Positions 35,546 through 49,199 of a stretch of DNA of 64,000 nt are shown here, piece by piece. The stretch is from Octopus sinensis. Its lineage: Eukaryota. The stretch is taken from the NCBI RefSeq assembly GCF_006345805.1, contig NC_043023.1, positions 4,030,001-4,094,000 of the forward strand, written 5' to 3'. A model generated the notes under the pieces. The model saw only the letters and a list, made by a program, of their open reading frames with translations. It searched no databases and was not told where the DNA came from. The position numbers were made by a program, and so were the translations under genes. Every line of letters starts with the position of its first letter. Positions within the stretch are counted from its first letter, which is position 1.

Positions 35546-35633
35546 AGCACCTATGTGTATGAGTATATGTATACAATTTATATACATATACATATCTATA
35601 TATGTGAACATGTATACAATTTATATACATATG

Positions 35634-35678
<45 letters not shown>

Positions 35679-36039
35679 TGTATGTATAACTGCATATATA
35701 GTGTTATGGAAAATGATTTTATGCATATATACATATACACACGCAAATATATAATGGCTAACGTATATAACATGTTATACGAAATTAAAAATTAAAACCG
35801 AAAGAGCAAATTGGTGCATGCTGTATGGCTGTTGGTTATCACGGGATAATCCTGGGATTAGCTGGTATCAGGGAGATTAAAGTACTCACAATTACAGATT
35901 GAAATGTCAAAGTTGAAGACAAGACTTGTGGCCATGAATGTATGTATGAGTGTCTCTATGTGTGTGTAAGTGGACACACGCACACACACACACACACACA
36001 CACATATCACTATGCACTTTTCAACATTTCTTTTTTGTC

Positions 36040-36440
36040 TCTTCTTCTTCTTCTTCCAATTCTTCTTCTTCTCTTCTTCTTCCATTTCTTCTTCTTTCAA
36101 TTCTTCTTCTTCTTCTTCTTTCAATTCTTCTTCTTCTTCCATTCTTCTTCTTCTTCTTCTTCTTTCAATTCTTCTTCTTCTTCTTCTTCTTCTTCTTCTT
36201 CTTCCTCCTCAATTCTTCTTCTTCTTCTTCCAATTCTTCTTCTTCTTCCATTTCTTCTTCTTCTTTCAATTCTTCTTCTTCTTCTTCTTTCAATTCTTCT
36301 TCTTCTTCTTCCATTTCTTCTTCTTTCAATTCTTCTTCTTCTTCTTCTTATTCCAATTCTTCTTCTTCTTCTTCTTCTCTTCTTCTTCTTCTTCTTCTTC
36401 TTCCAATTCTTCTTCTTCTTCGTCTTCCAATTCTCCTCCT
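36040..36440. repeat. (TTC)n microsatellite with recurring CAA/CA interruptions
   Basis: Direct reading. Confidence 0.95.
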
Positions 36441-36470
36441 CCCCTTCTCCTTTTTCTAATAATAAAATAA

Positions 36471-36501
<31 letters not shown>

Positions 36502-36691
36502 GTCCCAAATATTGGCACAAGGGCAGCAATTCTGGGGAGGGGATAAGTTGATTAAATCGACCCCAGTACTCAACTGGTACTTAATTCATTCACCCCAAAA
36601 GGATGAAAAGAACAGCCAACCTCAGCAGAATTTGAATGCAAAATGTGAAGACAGACAAAATGCTGATAAGCATTTCTGCTAACTCTGTGCC

Positions 36692-36740
<49 letters not shown>

Positions 36741-37139
36741 TAATAATAGTAATAAATGCCCTGATGCCGTACCAGGCTGTGGCTCTCATGGCTTCTGATC
36801 TTAACTGATTAGAAGTGTTATCATGTACTTTGTTTTGTCTTGGTATAAAAGATGGGCCACAGCAAATATTCTGCTCAATACCACAGATTTGCTTGTCAGT
36901 TGTTTGACCTTAACCAGTTGATTATGTCTCTTAGTGGCTGACGATATGTGCATCTCTGATCACGAGCAGAAGTAGTGGGGGAGCATCATAACCATGTGTT
37001 GAGAGGGATTCTTTGGGGCTTGAATAATTCACCTCTGGAAACATGGGTGTTTCGTTCAACATCCTTAAAGAATCCTTATTCAGGGACCTTTTGAGCAGGA
37101 TGGCATGTACTGCTCTTTCATTCAATAATAATAACAATA

Positions 37140-37478
37140 CCTGTTGTCATAGGTGCCCTGGGAATGATAGCAAAAGGGGCTGATTGCTACCTAACTCAGA
37201 TACCAGGAAACCCCAAAATGGCAGAAATTCAAAAGATAGTGCTCATGGGAACTGCTCATATCCTACGCAAAATACTCTCTATGTAACCTCAAGGTTTAAA
37301 ACAAACATGCTTTGAGTTTTTTTTTTTTTGACATTCACTAGTACAACACTAAATACAAAACCAAATATATGGCACACTAGGCATAACAACAACGTGAACT
37401 TCCAACCTGTTGTCTCTTGAGGTCTCTGGGTAAGACTTGGAGCCAACTTGTACAAATATAAAGCAAAAGTCAAACATA

Positions 37479-37480
<2 letters not shown>
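37140..37480 (+). pseudogene. R4/Dong-like LINE 3' end
   Basis: PVVIGALGMIAKGADCYLTQIPGNPKMAEIQKIVLMGTAHILRKILSM*, flanked by (AAT)n, the known Dong-type target. Confidence 0.75.
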
Positions 37481-37525
<45 letters not shown>

Positions 37526-37635
37526 GTCATAAAAATAATAATACTAATAATATAATAACAATAGTAATAATAATATTAGTAATAATAATAATAATAGTAA
37601 TAAAATAATAATAATAATAATAATAATTAATAGTC

Positions 37636-37666
<31 letters not shown>

Positions 37667-37704
37667 CAATAGTAATATAATATTAGTAAAATAAAAATAT
37701 AATA

Positions 37705-37743
<39 letters not shown>

Positions 37744-37746
37744 GTC

Positions 37747-37777
<31 letters not shown>

Positions 37778-37815
37778 CAATAGTAATAATAATATTAGTA
37801 ATAATAATAATAATA

Positions 37816-37865
<50 letters not shown>
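37481..37865. repeat. (AAT)n microsatellite with an internal higher-order duplication
   Basis: Direct reading. Confidence 0.95.
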
Positions 37866-37867
<2 letters not shown>

Positions 37868-38849
37868 TCCTTTCTTCTATAGGCACAAGGCCTGAAATTT
37901 TAGGAGAGGGAGCCAGTCAATTAGATCAACCCCAGTACTCAACTGGTACTTAATTTATTGACCCTGAAAGGATGAAAGGCAAAGTTGACCTCTGCAGAAT
38001 TTGAACTCAGAACGTAGTGGCAGATGAAATACCGCTAAACATTTCACCTGGCGTGCTAATGATTCTGTAAGCTTGCCACCTTTTAATAATAATGGTTTCA
38101 AATTTTGTCACAAAGGCAGCAATTTTGGTGAAGGGGATGACACGTAAAAACACTGTTTGAGCGTGGCCATTGCCAGTACCACCTGACTGGCCTTTGTGCC
38201 AGTGGAACGCAAATGCACCCACTACACTCTCGGAGTGGTTGGCATTAGGAAGGGCATCCAACTGTAGAAACTCTGCCAGATCAGATTGGAGCCTGGTGCA
38301 GCCATCTGGTTCGCCAGTCCTCAGTCAAATCGTCCAACCCATGCCAGCCTGGTAAGCAGACGTTAAACGATGATGATGATGAGGACATACATATATATAT
38401 ATATGTATGTATGTATGTGTGTGTGTTTGTGTGTCTGTATTTCTCCCCCACCATCGCTTGACAACTGATGCTGGTGTGTTTATGTCCCCTTAACCTAGCA
38501 GTTCAGCAAAATGGACTGATAGAATAAATACTACGCCTACAAAGAATAAGGCCTTGTGTTGATTTGTTCAACTAAAGGCGGTGCTCCAGCATGGCTGCAG
38601 TCAAATGACTGAAACAGATAAAAGAAAAGAAAAGAATATATATTTATACACAACAGGCTTCTTTTAGTTTCCATCTGCCAAATCCACTCACAAGGGTTTG
38701 ACTAGTCCGAGGCCATAGTAGAAGACCCTTGCTCAAGATGCCATGGGTTGGGATTGAACCCGAAACCCTGTGCTTGGGAAATAAAATGTCTTAGCCACAC
38801 AGCTGGACCTGCATGTTTAATATTTCTCCAATTCTTACAGTAAGTTCCA

Positions 38850-39400
38850 CAAATCGGTTACAGTAAATTTCAGAAAATTCTTCACCACTTTGGATCATTT
38901 GACAGAGGAATTTTTCTTATTTTGTCTACATTTGTTATCTCCATGGAGAATTTCGGTGATTCCGTCTGCCACTGGCTGCTCAATTTCTTCACCAATCGTT
39001 ATCTATGGTTTCTTAGATTCTCTAATTACATATCAGGCTTCTTATGGTGCTCTGAGATATTTTCTGGAACCAGTAAATTGTTAAAAAAACGAAAAATTCT
39101 ATTTCTCCTTTCTCTTTTCAAAGATTTTGGAAATCTTTGAACAAAAACTAAAGAATGATAAAGAATTTCCTTTAAAGGAATCTTGTCTGGAACCAAGACA
39201 GCTTAATTTAGTAGGTTTCATAATTTCATCTGATGTTCGTTACAAATTAAGCGCAGACTCGTTGGCGCTCTTTATACCTAACAGGTAAAATTAAATCTAT
39301 TTTGTCAAAAAAATTTCTTGTACTTCCAGGGTTTTAGAGAGAGACATTTTTGTTTTATGTCTTCTCAAATATTTTCTGGTTTGTCTCTTGCTGTATTTGG
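38850..39400 (-). pseudogene. hAT Charlie/Buster-type transposase remnant
   Basis: Frameshifted EIMKPTKL, KKP.TIGEEI, ILHGDN and VDKIRKIPLSND motifs. Confidence 0.7.
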
Positions 39401-40564
39401 GGTCAGCTGCCTTGTTCTTTACCATATTCTTCATATTGTCTGTGTATGGAAGGACCAAATCCTTGTGCATGGATTTAGTTGACAGAAACTGAGAGAAGCC
39501 TGTCATATGCTAGATATTCTTTTATTTGTTTCAGTCATTTGACTGCAGCCATGCTGGAGCACCACCTTTTTTAGTTGAACAAATCGACTCCCAGACTTAT
39601 CTTTGTAAGCCTAGTACTTATTCTCTCAGTCTCTTTTTACCAAACCGCTAAGTTACAGGAACATAAACAAACCAACAGCGGTTGTCAAACAATGTTTGGG
39701 GGACAAACACAAACATATACACACACATACATACATGCATCGCTGCCAGCCTCCCCTGGCACGTAAAAAGTATCCACTACACTCACGGAGTGGTTGGCAT
39801 TAGGAAGGGCATCCAGCTGTAGAAAATCTGCCAGATCAGACTGGAGCCTGGCGCAGCCATCTGGCTTCTCAGACCCCGGTCGAACAGTCCAACCCATGCT
39901 AGCATGGAAAGCAGATGCTAAATGATGATGATGATGATTATATATATGTATATAGTCAACAGATGAGATCCGGAGATCCTCATTATAGAAGAGACTTAGT
40001 AGCACTCAAATGATTCAAACTTAGATTCTGATGTCTTAACTAGGGATCAGTGCCACAGGGTAAAGAATGGCTATAAGAGGGATCAAGTTGAGCAGATATG
40101 AAGCCAATTAGGCAGATAAACAAATTGAATGTATTAAATGTAACAACTTGGGTAGGAAATACAAAATATGTATATATGCATACATGCAATACGAGAGAAG
40201 GCAAAGAGTAAAGACTTTCAGACGAGGAATATTTTAAGTATGTGTACCTTCCCTTCATTGGACATTGCTTGCGAAGACCTGTTGAGATAAGTGAAAAAAA
40301 AACACGATTTTCTGTGACCATTGCCAGTACCGCCTGACTGGCCCTCGTGTCGATGGCATGTAAAAGCACCCACTACAATCTCAGAGTGGTTGGCATTAGG
40401 AGGGGCATCCAGCTGTAGAAACTCTGCCATCTGGTTCGCCAGACCTCAGTCAAATTGTCCAACCCATGCTAGCATGGAAAGCAGATATTAAACGATGATG
40501 ATGATATATATATAAAAGTATATATATATATATATAATAAAATAACATATATTTAATATAATAA

Positions 40565-40644
<80 letters not shown>

Positions 40645-40749
40645 CATAATAATATTTAATATATATATATATATATAATATAATATACATAATATATATT
40701 TATATATATATATATATGCATATGTATATATATATATATATATTATATA

Positions 40750-41350
40750 TGCAGATGAGAGGGCACAGGATGTCATGAAACATGTACAACAAAATAGAAT
40801 GAAGCACGAGTACATGGAACATGAACTATTGTTTTGAACAATGAAAGACACAAATGGAAAATAAAAACGAACATAAAGAACGACCTTTCATCAGTTGTTG
40901 GCTGTTTTTCTACTCTCATATTTCGAGCATGTAACAACAATATACGCTTTCGATAAAACAGTTGCTCCTGCAAAGCAAATTAAATAAAATTTGGGATTTT
41001 GCGGAGGGTCAAAATTGGTAGCACAAACAGAACAGTGAAAAACAGGAAGGGGTGCTAAGCCTAAATGAGGTTGTGGTGGTGAACGCGTAAATCAAGCTAG
41101 GACAGGAGACAAACAAGAACACATCTTCCTTGTTCCAGCTACAATGGAGAGAAAGAAAGATGGCCGATGGTCACGTAGGAGCCACATGAGCAAGGGAGGT
41201 GAAGTGAGGGAGAGAGAGTGACAGATTAATAGAATAGTGGGAGAAGAGGAAGTAAAAGAATAAGAGAGAGAAAAACGAAAAAGTAAAAAGATTGTATAGA
41301 GTGCGCATCAGAATAATTAAGATAAAACTTATTTGGAAGAGGATACGTGG
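40750..41350. mobile_element. Non-coding repeat, probably Penelope-like terminal region; reverse-orientation relative at about 62150-62700
   Basis: 'gaacgacctttcatcagttgttggctg' and the purine-rich 41160-41350 block match the reverse complement of 62200-62640. The PLE assignment is inferred. Confidence 0.45.
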
Positions 41351-41396
41351 CATTCAATCATATAATAATATATATAATATATATATATATATATAG

Positions 41397-42337
41397 CAGC
41401 AAAATTAAGGAACGGCCATAATAGGCCGTTCAACCCACTAGAAATAACAGCCAAGGCTTCACCGCAACAAAATAGTAGTAATTCCGTAAATCAGGAGAAA
41501 ATTAAAAAATATTACTCTGTTTCACTTATACATGCATTGTTTCATCGTTTTTTAATGGTAAATCAGCCTGATTAAATAAATCAAGCTAATCTTCCATAGG
41601 CCAACAGGTTCATCAGTAAAGTAAGCCAGGAGGGAGAGATATTTACACGAGGCAGCACCACTACTGCTTCGGCAATATCTAACCTAAAATTTTCAAAATC
41701 ATCGTACTCGCGCCAATTTATCGGCAGCAAATATAAGCTGCCGATTCCATTCGGAATTAAACAGAAAATTCATAATTAATCAATATAGGGTAGCAAAAAA
41801 AAATTCATCACAATTATTTTGCTACCAGCGGCCTAGTGAGAAAAAAGGAAATAGTCAGATTTTTCTGTTTAATCCGAAATGGAATCGGCAGCTTATATTT
41901 GCTGCCGATAAATTGGCGCGAGTACGATGATTTTGAAAATTTTAGGTTAGATATTGCCGAAGCGGTAGTGTGTGCTGGCCTCGTGTAATATCTCTCCCTC
42001 CTGGCTTACTTTACTGATGATCTGTTGGCCTATGGAAGATTAGCTTGATTTAATTTATTCAGGCTGATTTACCATTAAAAAACGATGAAACAATGCATTG
42101 TATAAAGTGAAACAGGGTAAATGTTTTTTAATTTTCTCCTGATTTACGAATTACTACTATTTTGCGGTTGAAGCCTTGGCTGTTATTTCTAGTTGGTTGA
42201 ACAGCCTATTATGGCCGTTCCTTAATTTTGCTGTTGAATTTATAAATAGTCTCTGACTATTTCCTTTTTTCTCACTAGACCGCTGGTAGCAAAATAATTT
42301 CTGCTGAATTTTTTGCTACCCTATATGATTAATTATA
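41397..42337. mobile_element. A-B-A'-B' fold-back element carrying hammerhead family 3
   Basis: A 41397-41768 / A' 41861-42233; B 41772-41859 / B' 42252-42337. Confidence 0.85.
42008..42108 (+). ncRNA. Hammerhead ribozyme motif, family 3
   Basis: acttta-CTGATGA(42014-20)-long stem II-GAAAC(42087-91)-aatgcatt-GTA-taaagt. Perfect 6-bp stem I and palindromic stem III ACAATGCATTGT. Confidence 0.75.
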
Positions 42338-42340
42338 TAT

Positions 42341-42440
42341 NNNNNNNNNNNNNNNNNNNNNNNNNNNNNNNNNNNNNNNNNNNNNNNNNNNNNNNNNNNN
42401 NNNNNNNNNNNNNNNNNNNNNNNNNNNNNNNNNNNNNNNN
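42341..42440. other. Assembly gap (100 N)
   Basis: Run of n. Confidence 1.
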
Positions 42441-42555
42441 CTTTTTCTATTCCACACTTGCAATCATAATAACTTTTTCTACTTCGAGTTTAATCATTAA
42501 AAATGGATTATTTCTCAGTCTCTTAATGTTTCCAAATACTTATAAACAACACACA

Positions 42556-42595
<40 letters not shown>

Positions 42596-43254
42596 ACACA
42601 CACACACACACGCATACACACATATAAATATTGGTCTCTTGACTCAAGTTTATTGCGACTGTCTTCTTAAGGCAAGACACTGCAGATTGATGATAAATTT
42701 CTATTCATCAGTGTAGATATCTTCATTGTGTTTACAAAGCAACATTATCACATGATGGACGAAATGAAACAAAAAAAACTACATTGGTAATTCTAGTGAA
42801 ATATTTACAGCCAGATACACACACACATACACTCACTCACACATTCCAGAATATATAAAAAAAACAAATGCAATTTGTCCCTCTAAACATATCTTGGGAG
42901 TTAAAAGAAAACATTTCCACAAATATTAAATCAAAAATAGTTGATTTTGTACCATTATACAGAAACGGTTCTATAACCGACCCACTCACTTAACCCAATG
43001 CACCTCTGTACACTGCCACATGATATACAAAATAAACAAGAGGTATGTGATCATATGTTGTAGACACAAAATTATATTCATCTTAATAAAATGATTCAAA
43101 CTCTAAAAGGAGTTAGATAACCACTAAGGATCCATGGATACATGTAGAAAAATGTACAGCCACAAGAATTGAACCACAAAAAACTCAAATTAAACATGCA
43201 GTACACCACACATACACATACATAAAGATACGCAAAGACAAAATTATAAACCAA

Positions 43255-43567
43255 ATATCACCATGATCACCGTGACCGACCAGGCTATCAGATATTGCTA
43301 CACATCGCTGGTCACAATGCGCTTCGCATTGTTTTAGCCTTCAAATGATGCTACCCAGCTGGCTAAGTGAGCAGGCCAACAGAAGAAAGAGTGAGAGAAA
43401 GTTGTGGCGAAAGAGTACAGCAGGGATCACCACCACCCCCTGCCAGAGCTTCGTGGAGCTTTAGGTGTTTTGCTCAATAAACACTCACAATACCCGGTCT
43501 GTGAATCGAAACCGCGATCCTACGACTGCGAGTCCACTGCCCTAACCATTGGGCCATTGCACCTCCA
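43255..43567 (-). mobile_element. SINE family C
   Basis: Reverse complement of 27641-27935. Confidence 0.85.
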
Positions 43568-44549
43568 CATAAACCAAATCTACTGACCTGTGAATATTAA
43601 TATTCAAGATAAAGATGGAACTTTAACCAAATCATTCAAACAATCACAAATGAAAATATATAATTCAAGAAAGACAGACTCTCCAAAGAAATAAACCTAC
43701 TAAATTCTTTAGATTAAAAATTTCAATAACCCTTACTAAACTCCCCAACCCATAGAGAACACTTTGTTTCTGATCAAAATAAAACTGAAAATATATCAGC
43801 AGAAGCTGTTTAACTATGGAATATTATTTACAATATTTGATATTACTAAATCCCTTCAGTTAAATTCAGATGTACAAACAAACAAGTTATTAAAAGTCCT
43901 TTAATCAGCACACAACCAAATTCTCACCAACGAAACCATCCTATGTCCTCAATATTTACAACTACAATAAGGCACATACCAAAACAAATCTGGCCAAACA
44001 AACATACAAACAGCCTTGATTGGATTAACAGATTAACTCAGTAAATCTACAGTCGAATGTAAAGAAAGATAACATCAGTTAAATATAGATATTTCTTGTC
44101 ATCTACAAATACAGAGGAAAATAAACACAGAATCTCACAAAAATTAGCCAATGACGAAGCAAAACAAATAATTGCCAACGAGAAAGAAAAACGAAATGAA
44201 TTAATAAACTAACAATATCTCCCTCTGTCATCAACAGAGGGGGGTGTTTTTAATTTGCTTTGCTGTTGTGTGTGTGTGTGTATTACCATTTTAACTTACA
44301 CTTTTCCATGCCTGCATGGGTCAGACAGAAATTATTGAGGCAGATTTTCTACATCCAGATGCTCTTCCTGTTGTCCCCTGTTTCTAAACAAGATGATATT
44401 CCCTCCATGGCCAAACATGTTTTCACAGAAGATTGGAAATGGAGGACACCACATGTTTAATGGTTGCTTACAACTATTGCAGGAGACAGTAATACATGTG
44501 CACACACACACACACACACACACACACCACACACACACATACATATCTT

Positions 44550-45030
44550 TTATCTTTTACTTGTTTCAGTCATTAGAATACAGCCATGCTGGAGCACCAC
44601 ACTGAAATATCTATGTTTGGTCAAATGAATTTCATTTCATCTAGTTTCACTTCACGAGCTGTGGCCATACTGGGGCACTGCCATTAATTGACCCCAGTAC
44701 TTGTCTTGTTCTTAAGCCTGGTATTTATTCTATTGATCTTTTTTGCTGAACTGCTAGGTCGCAGGGACATGAACACGCCACCACTGGTTGTCAAGCAGTG
44801 GAGGAGGGACAAACATAGGTTGAGGAAACAAACTTCTTACCACACAGCCATGCCTGTACCTATGTATGTGTGTATACAGCAAGCTTCTTTCAGTTTCCAT
44901 CTACCAAATCCACTCACAAGGTTTTGGTCAGTCTGAGACTATAATGGAAGACACTTGTTCATGATGCCACACAGTGGGACTGAACCCCAAACCATATGGT
45001 TGGGAAGTAAACTTTTTCATGACACAGCTA
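44550..45030 (-). mobile_element. SINE family A, old and rearranged
   Basis: Family match with internal indels. Confidence 0.7.
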
Positions 45031-45199
45031 TGCCAGCACTTCAGAGTTTTTGCAAGTTCTTCTAAATCCATTGCAATACTAGAAACCCTTTTGTATCATC
45101 AGCAGGTATTTCAGGACCTCTAGCATTTCACCTGTGAACTTGTATGATTCACCTGAGTGGGGGGCAGCAATGGCTGAGCTAGTCTTCACCTACTGAAGG

Positions 45200-45322
45200 G
45201 GTCCACTTGCTGTCTCTTATCGACCAAAGCCACTTTTAACTACTTTCAGCTGCTGCGCACATTTTCTTGATGACTTCCTTCAGTTGTCTGGGTTCCAGGC
45301 CTATCTTCTGTAGGAAACAGCA
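45200..45322 (-). pseudogene. C-terminus of a restriction-like-endonuclease LINE (HERO-like)
   Basis: CFLQKIGLEPRQLKEVIKKMCAAAESS*KWLWSIRDSKW resembles the 'AE.AS.WLW' end of HERO-type ORFs from memory. Confidence 0.45.
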
Positions 45323-45599
45323 TGTGTGTATATATGTACACAGACGGGCTTCTTTGCAAATATATTGAAGCACAACTTTCATCTTAAAAGTGACAAGTGC
45401 ATGGCATTGACGAGCTTCAACTATGCTGAAATGCATTCTGTGATTCTCACGAGTCACTACTGCACTGATGTTTGCTTTGATCCTATATTGTTTGTGCTTT
45501 TAACACATGTCCATGAAAAAGTTTTCTCTCAGGTAAAGCCAGAGCAATATGCTTGCCAACAATGTATATATTTATACTATGATACACAAATATGGGAAT

Positions 45600-45614
45600 A
45601 TATTCCATGTGTGT

Positions 45615-45654
<40 letters not shown>

Positions 45655-45763
45655 ATATGTATGTATATATATGTAGTATATATATGTATGTATGTATATA
45701 TATATATATATATTGTATATATATATGTATATATGTATGTATGTGTATGTATATATATATATG

Positions 45764-45826
<63 letters not shown>

Positions 45827-45829
45827 GTA

Positions 45830-45863
<34 letters not shown>

Positions 45864-46232
45864 GTATATATATATGTATATATATATATATTATATGTAT
45901 ATATGTATTATATATATATATGTATATAATATGTATATATATGTATATAATATATATATATATATATGTATTATATATATATATATGTATATATATATGT
46001 ATATGTATATATATATGTATATATATATGTATATGTATATATATGTGTATATGTATGTATATATGTATATATGTATATATATTGTATGTATATATGTATA
46101 TATATATGTATGTAATATATGTATATATATATGTATGTGTATATGTATGTATATATGTATAATATATGTATATATGTTATGTATATATATAATATATATG
46201 TATATGTATATGTTATATATATATGTATATGT

Positions 46233-46263
<31 letters not shown>

Positions 46264-47290
46264 GTATATATATATTATATATATATAATATGTATATATT
46301 ATATGTATATATATATATATGTATATATATATGTATATATATATGTATATATATATGTATATATATATATGTAATATATATATGTATATATATATATATG
46401 TATATATATATGTATATAATATATATGTATCTATATATGTATATATGTATATTATATATATATGTATATATATATGTATATGTATATATATATGTATATG
46501 TATATTATATATATATATATATGTATATATATATTATATATGTATATATATATGTATGTATATATGTATATATAGTATATATGTATATATATATTATGTA
46601 TATATGTATATATATATTATGTATATATGTATATATATGTATATATATATGTATATGTATATGTATATATATGTATATATTATATATATATGTATATTAT
46701 ATGTAATATATATATGTATATGTATATATATATGTATATATATGTATATATATGTATTATATATGTATATGTATATATATATGTATATGTTATATATATG
46801 TATATGTATATAGTATGTATATGTATATAGTATGTATATATATATATTATATATAATATGTATATAATATATGTATATAATATATATATATTATATATAT
46901 ATGTTATGTATATATATATGTATATGTATATATAATATATGTATATATATATGTATATATATATATATGTATATTATATATATATATAATATATATATGT
47001 ATATATGTATATATATATATATATTATATATATATGTATATATATATATGTATATATATATATGTATATATAATATATGTATATACATATATGTATATAT
47101 ATATATATGTATATATATATGTATATATATATATATGTATATATATATGTATATATGTATATATATATATATGTATATATATATGTATATATGTATATAT
47201 ATATATATATGTATATATATATGTATATATATATATGTATATACATATATGTATCTATATATATGTATGTATATATATAAGTATGTATGG
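45600..47290. repeat. About 1.7-kb (TA)n/(TATG)n microsatellite field
   Basis: Direct reading. Confidence 0.95.
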
Positions 47291-47627
47291 TGCATGGCCT
47301 AGTGATTAGGATGTTTGCACTTAAGACCACTAGATCGTGGGTTCGATTTCCAGACTGGGTGGTGTGGTGCTTTGTGCTTTTGAGGACTACACTTCATTTC
47401 ACATTGCCACAGTCCACGCAGTTGTAAATGGCAACACTGCAACAGAGAGTAGCCTTCTGATGAAGGGGAATATTGTGACCTGCTCACTTAGTCAGTAGAT
47501 GCGGCCTTCTGTTAAACTTTAAGTAGCATGGAATGGAATCTAACTCTTAAATAATACATGTAACCCCTACTAAATGTGTTGAGTGCCCTTTTCTTTCATT
47601 TCTCTACTCATTCATATATACATATAT

Positions 47628-48360
47628 ACTAGACTACTCATGACCCGGAAGAAACGTATCTCAGGAACCAGGGCTCCAATTCACACAAAACTTGTTTTAT
47701 TCCATTTGTATTCATATTTCAATCATACCTTACTTTCAAAGCATTTTTTTCCATTATCCGCCAGTTTGGCTTATCCACCAGTTTGGCTTATCCACCAGTT
47801 TGGCTATTTATAAAGGTACCCCAAAAAACATGTATCTCAGGAAGCCATGGTTGGATTTACATGAAACTTGTTTTATTCCATCCCATTATGCCCCATTTTG
47901 GTTGTTATTATATTACAGTCAAGCATGCAAGCAGGCAGTCATAAAGGTACCCAAAAAATCCATGTATCTCAGGAACCTGTGGTCCGATTTATGCAAAACT
48001 TGTCTTATTCAGTTTGTATTCCCATTTCAGGGGCACCTTACTTTTACAGTATTTTCCCATTATGCGCCAATTTGGTTGTATTAAATTACAGACAAGCACG
48101 CAAGCAAAACTATCCAGGGGTTAACAGTAAAGGGCAATAATGCCAGGTTTCACTGCTTAAATTTGTGGAAACAAACCCAGAAAACCCACGTATCTTGGGA
48201 ATCTGTGATCCGATTTATGCGAGACTGATTTTCTGTTTGTATTCACATTTCAGGGATACCTTACTTTCAGAGTATTTTCCAATTATGTGCCAGTTTGACT
48301 CTGTTAAATTACAGACAAACATGCAAGCAAGCAATCACAGAGTTTTAGTTGTTTATAGAT
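47628..48360 (+). mobile_element. Helentron-like non-autonomous element with four diverged internal subrepeats
   Basis: Starts actagactactcatgacccgg; ends tttagttgtttatagat; 'gtatctcagga'-like starts at 47656, 47832, 47964 and 48190. Confidence 0.6.
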
Positions 48361-49199
48361 AGCATTTTTCTTTGTCATTTCCACCTATAAAATTCCACAT
48401 ACAAGGCATTGGTTGGAAACAAAACACACTTGCTCAAGGTGCAACACAGAGGGATTGAACCTGAAATCAAATGGTTAAATAGCAAACTTCTAAACCTCAC
48501 AGCCATTGCAATACCTTGGGAATTTGAGAAGAACTGTTTCGCATTGAGAAAGGGTCTTTTTAGCTTTGTGAAAGATTTTGCAATTCTGTATATATATATA
48601 TATATATGTATTTTTTTATTGTTATTATCACAAAAAGACTGTTTGATAAGAAAAATAATTGAGGGAGTTTAGGAGGGGAGGGCCACTATTTTTTCTTAAG
48701 GCTCAGAAATGCTTGGTTTGTGTTTTCAGCTTTTCTTTTTTTTTTTCTTTTTTTGTTACGTGTTTGTATAGGGAGTGTTGGTTTAGGGGTAGAGTGGTAC
48801 TTTGTTTATGGGGACCCTTCTGTTGCATTTTATTTGTTGAACAAAAGAAAAACGTAAAGAAAACCCCAAAACATTTAGTATCTGTTACTTTTATTATTAT
48901 TATTTAAACTCAGGAAACATCATTGTTTCTAGGTTTGTTCTTTTTTTAGGGGTAAAGATTTACTTTGTAAAGGAGTTTGTTTGAAAGCTTAGTGTTGCTC
49001 ATATTTGTGGATAGTGGTGGTTAAGAATAAGGGAGTTGTTTTCTTAAGGGAATAGTTGTTGTAAACATTTTCATTTTATTTACAGATAACAAAGAATTAG
49101 GGGTCTCTTGTTAAGGTTTCTTTTCTCTTGGGGTCTTTTGTTTCTTTCATTCCCCTTAAGGTATTTTGAAGATAGGGATTAGAGAGATAGTGGGGATAA

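Noticed and set aside
35858-36573. Poly-S/F/L/E/R ORFs
   Set aside because: Frames of the (TTC)n tract.
42640-44230. A-rich stretches possibly from an old LINE
   Set aside because: Too decayed to recover any diagnostic motif by eye.
45549-47330. Long YI/YM/CV-rich ORFs (up to 260 aa), and similar ORFs at 1249-1920, 20168-20668, 29316-30410 and 61699-63988
   Set aside because: Translations of TA/CA microsatellites, which lack stops in some frames; no coding signal.
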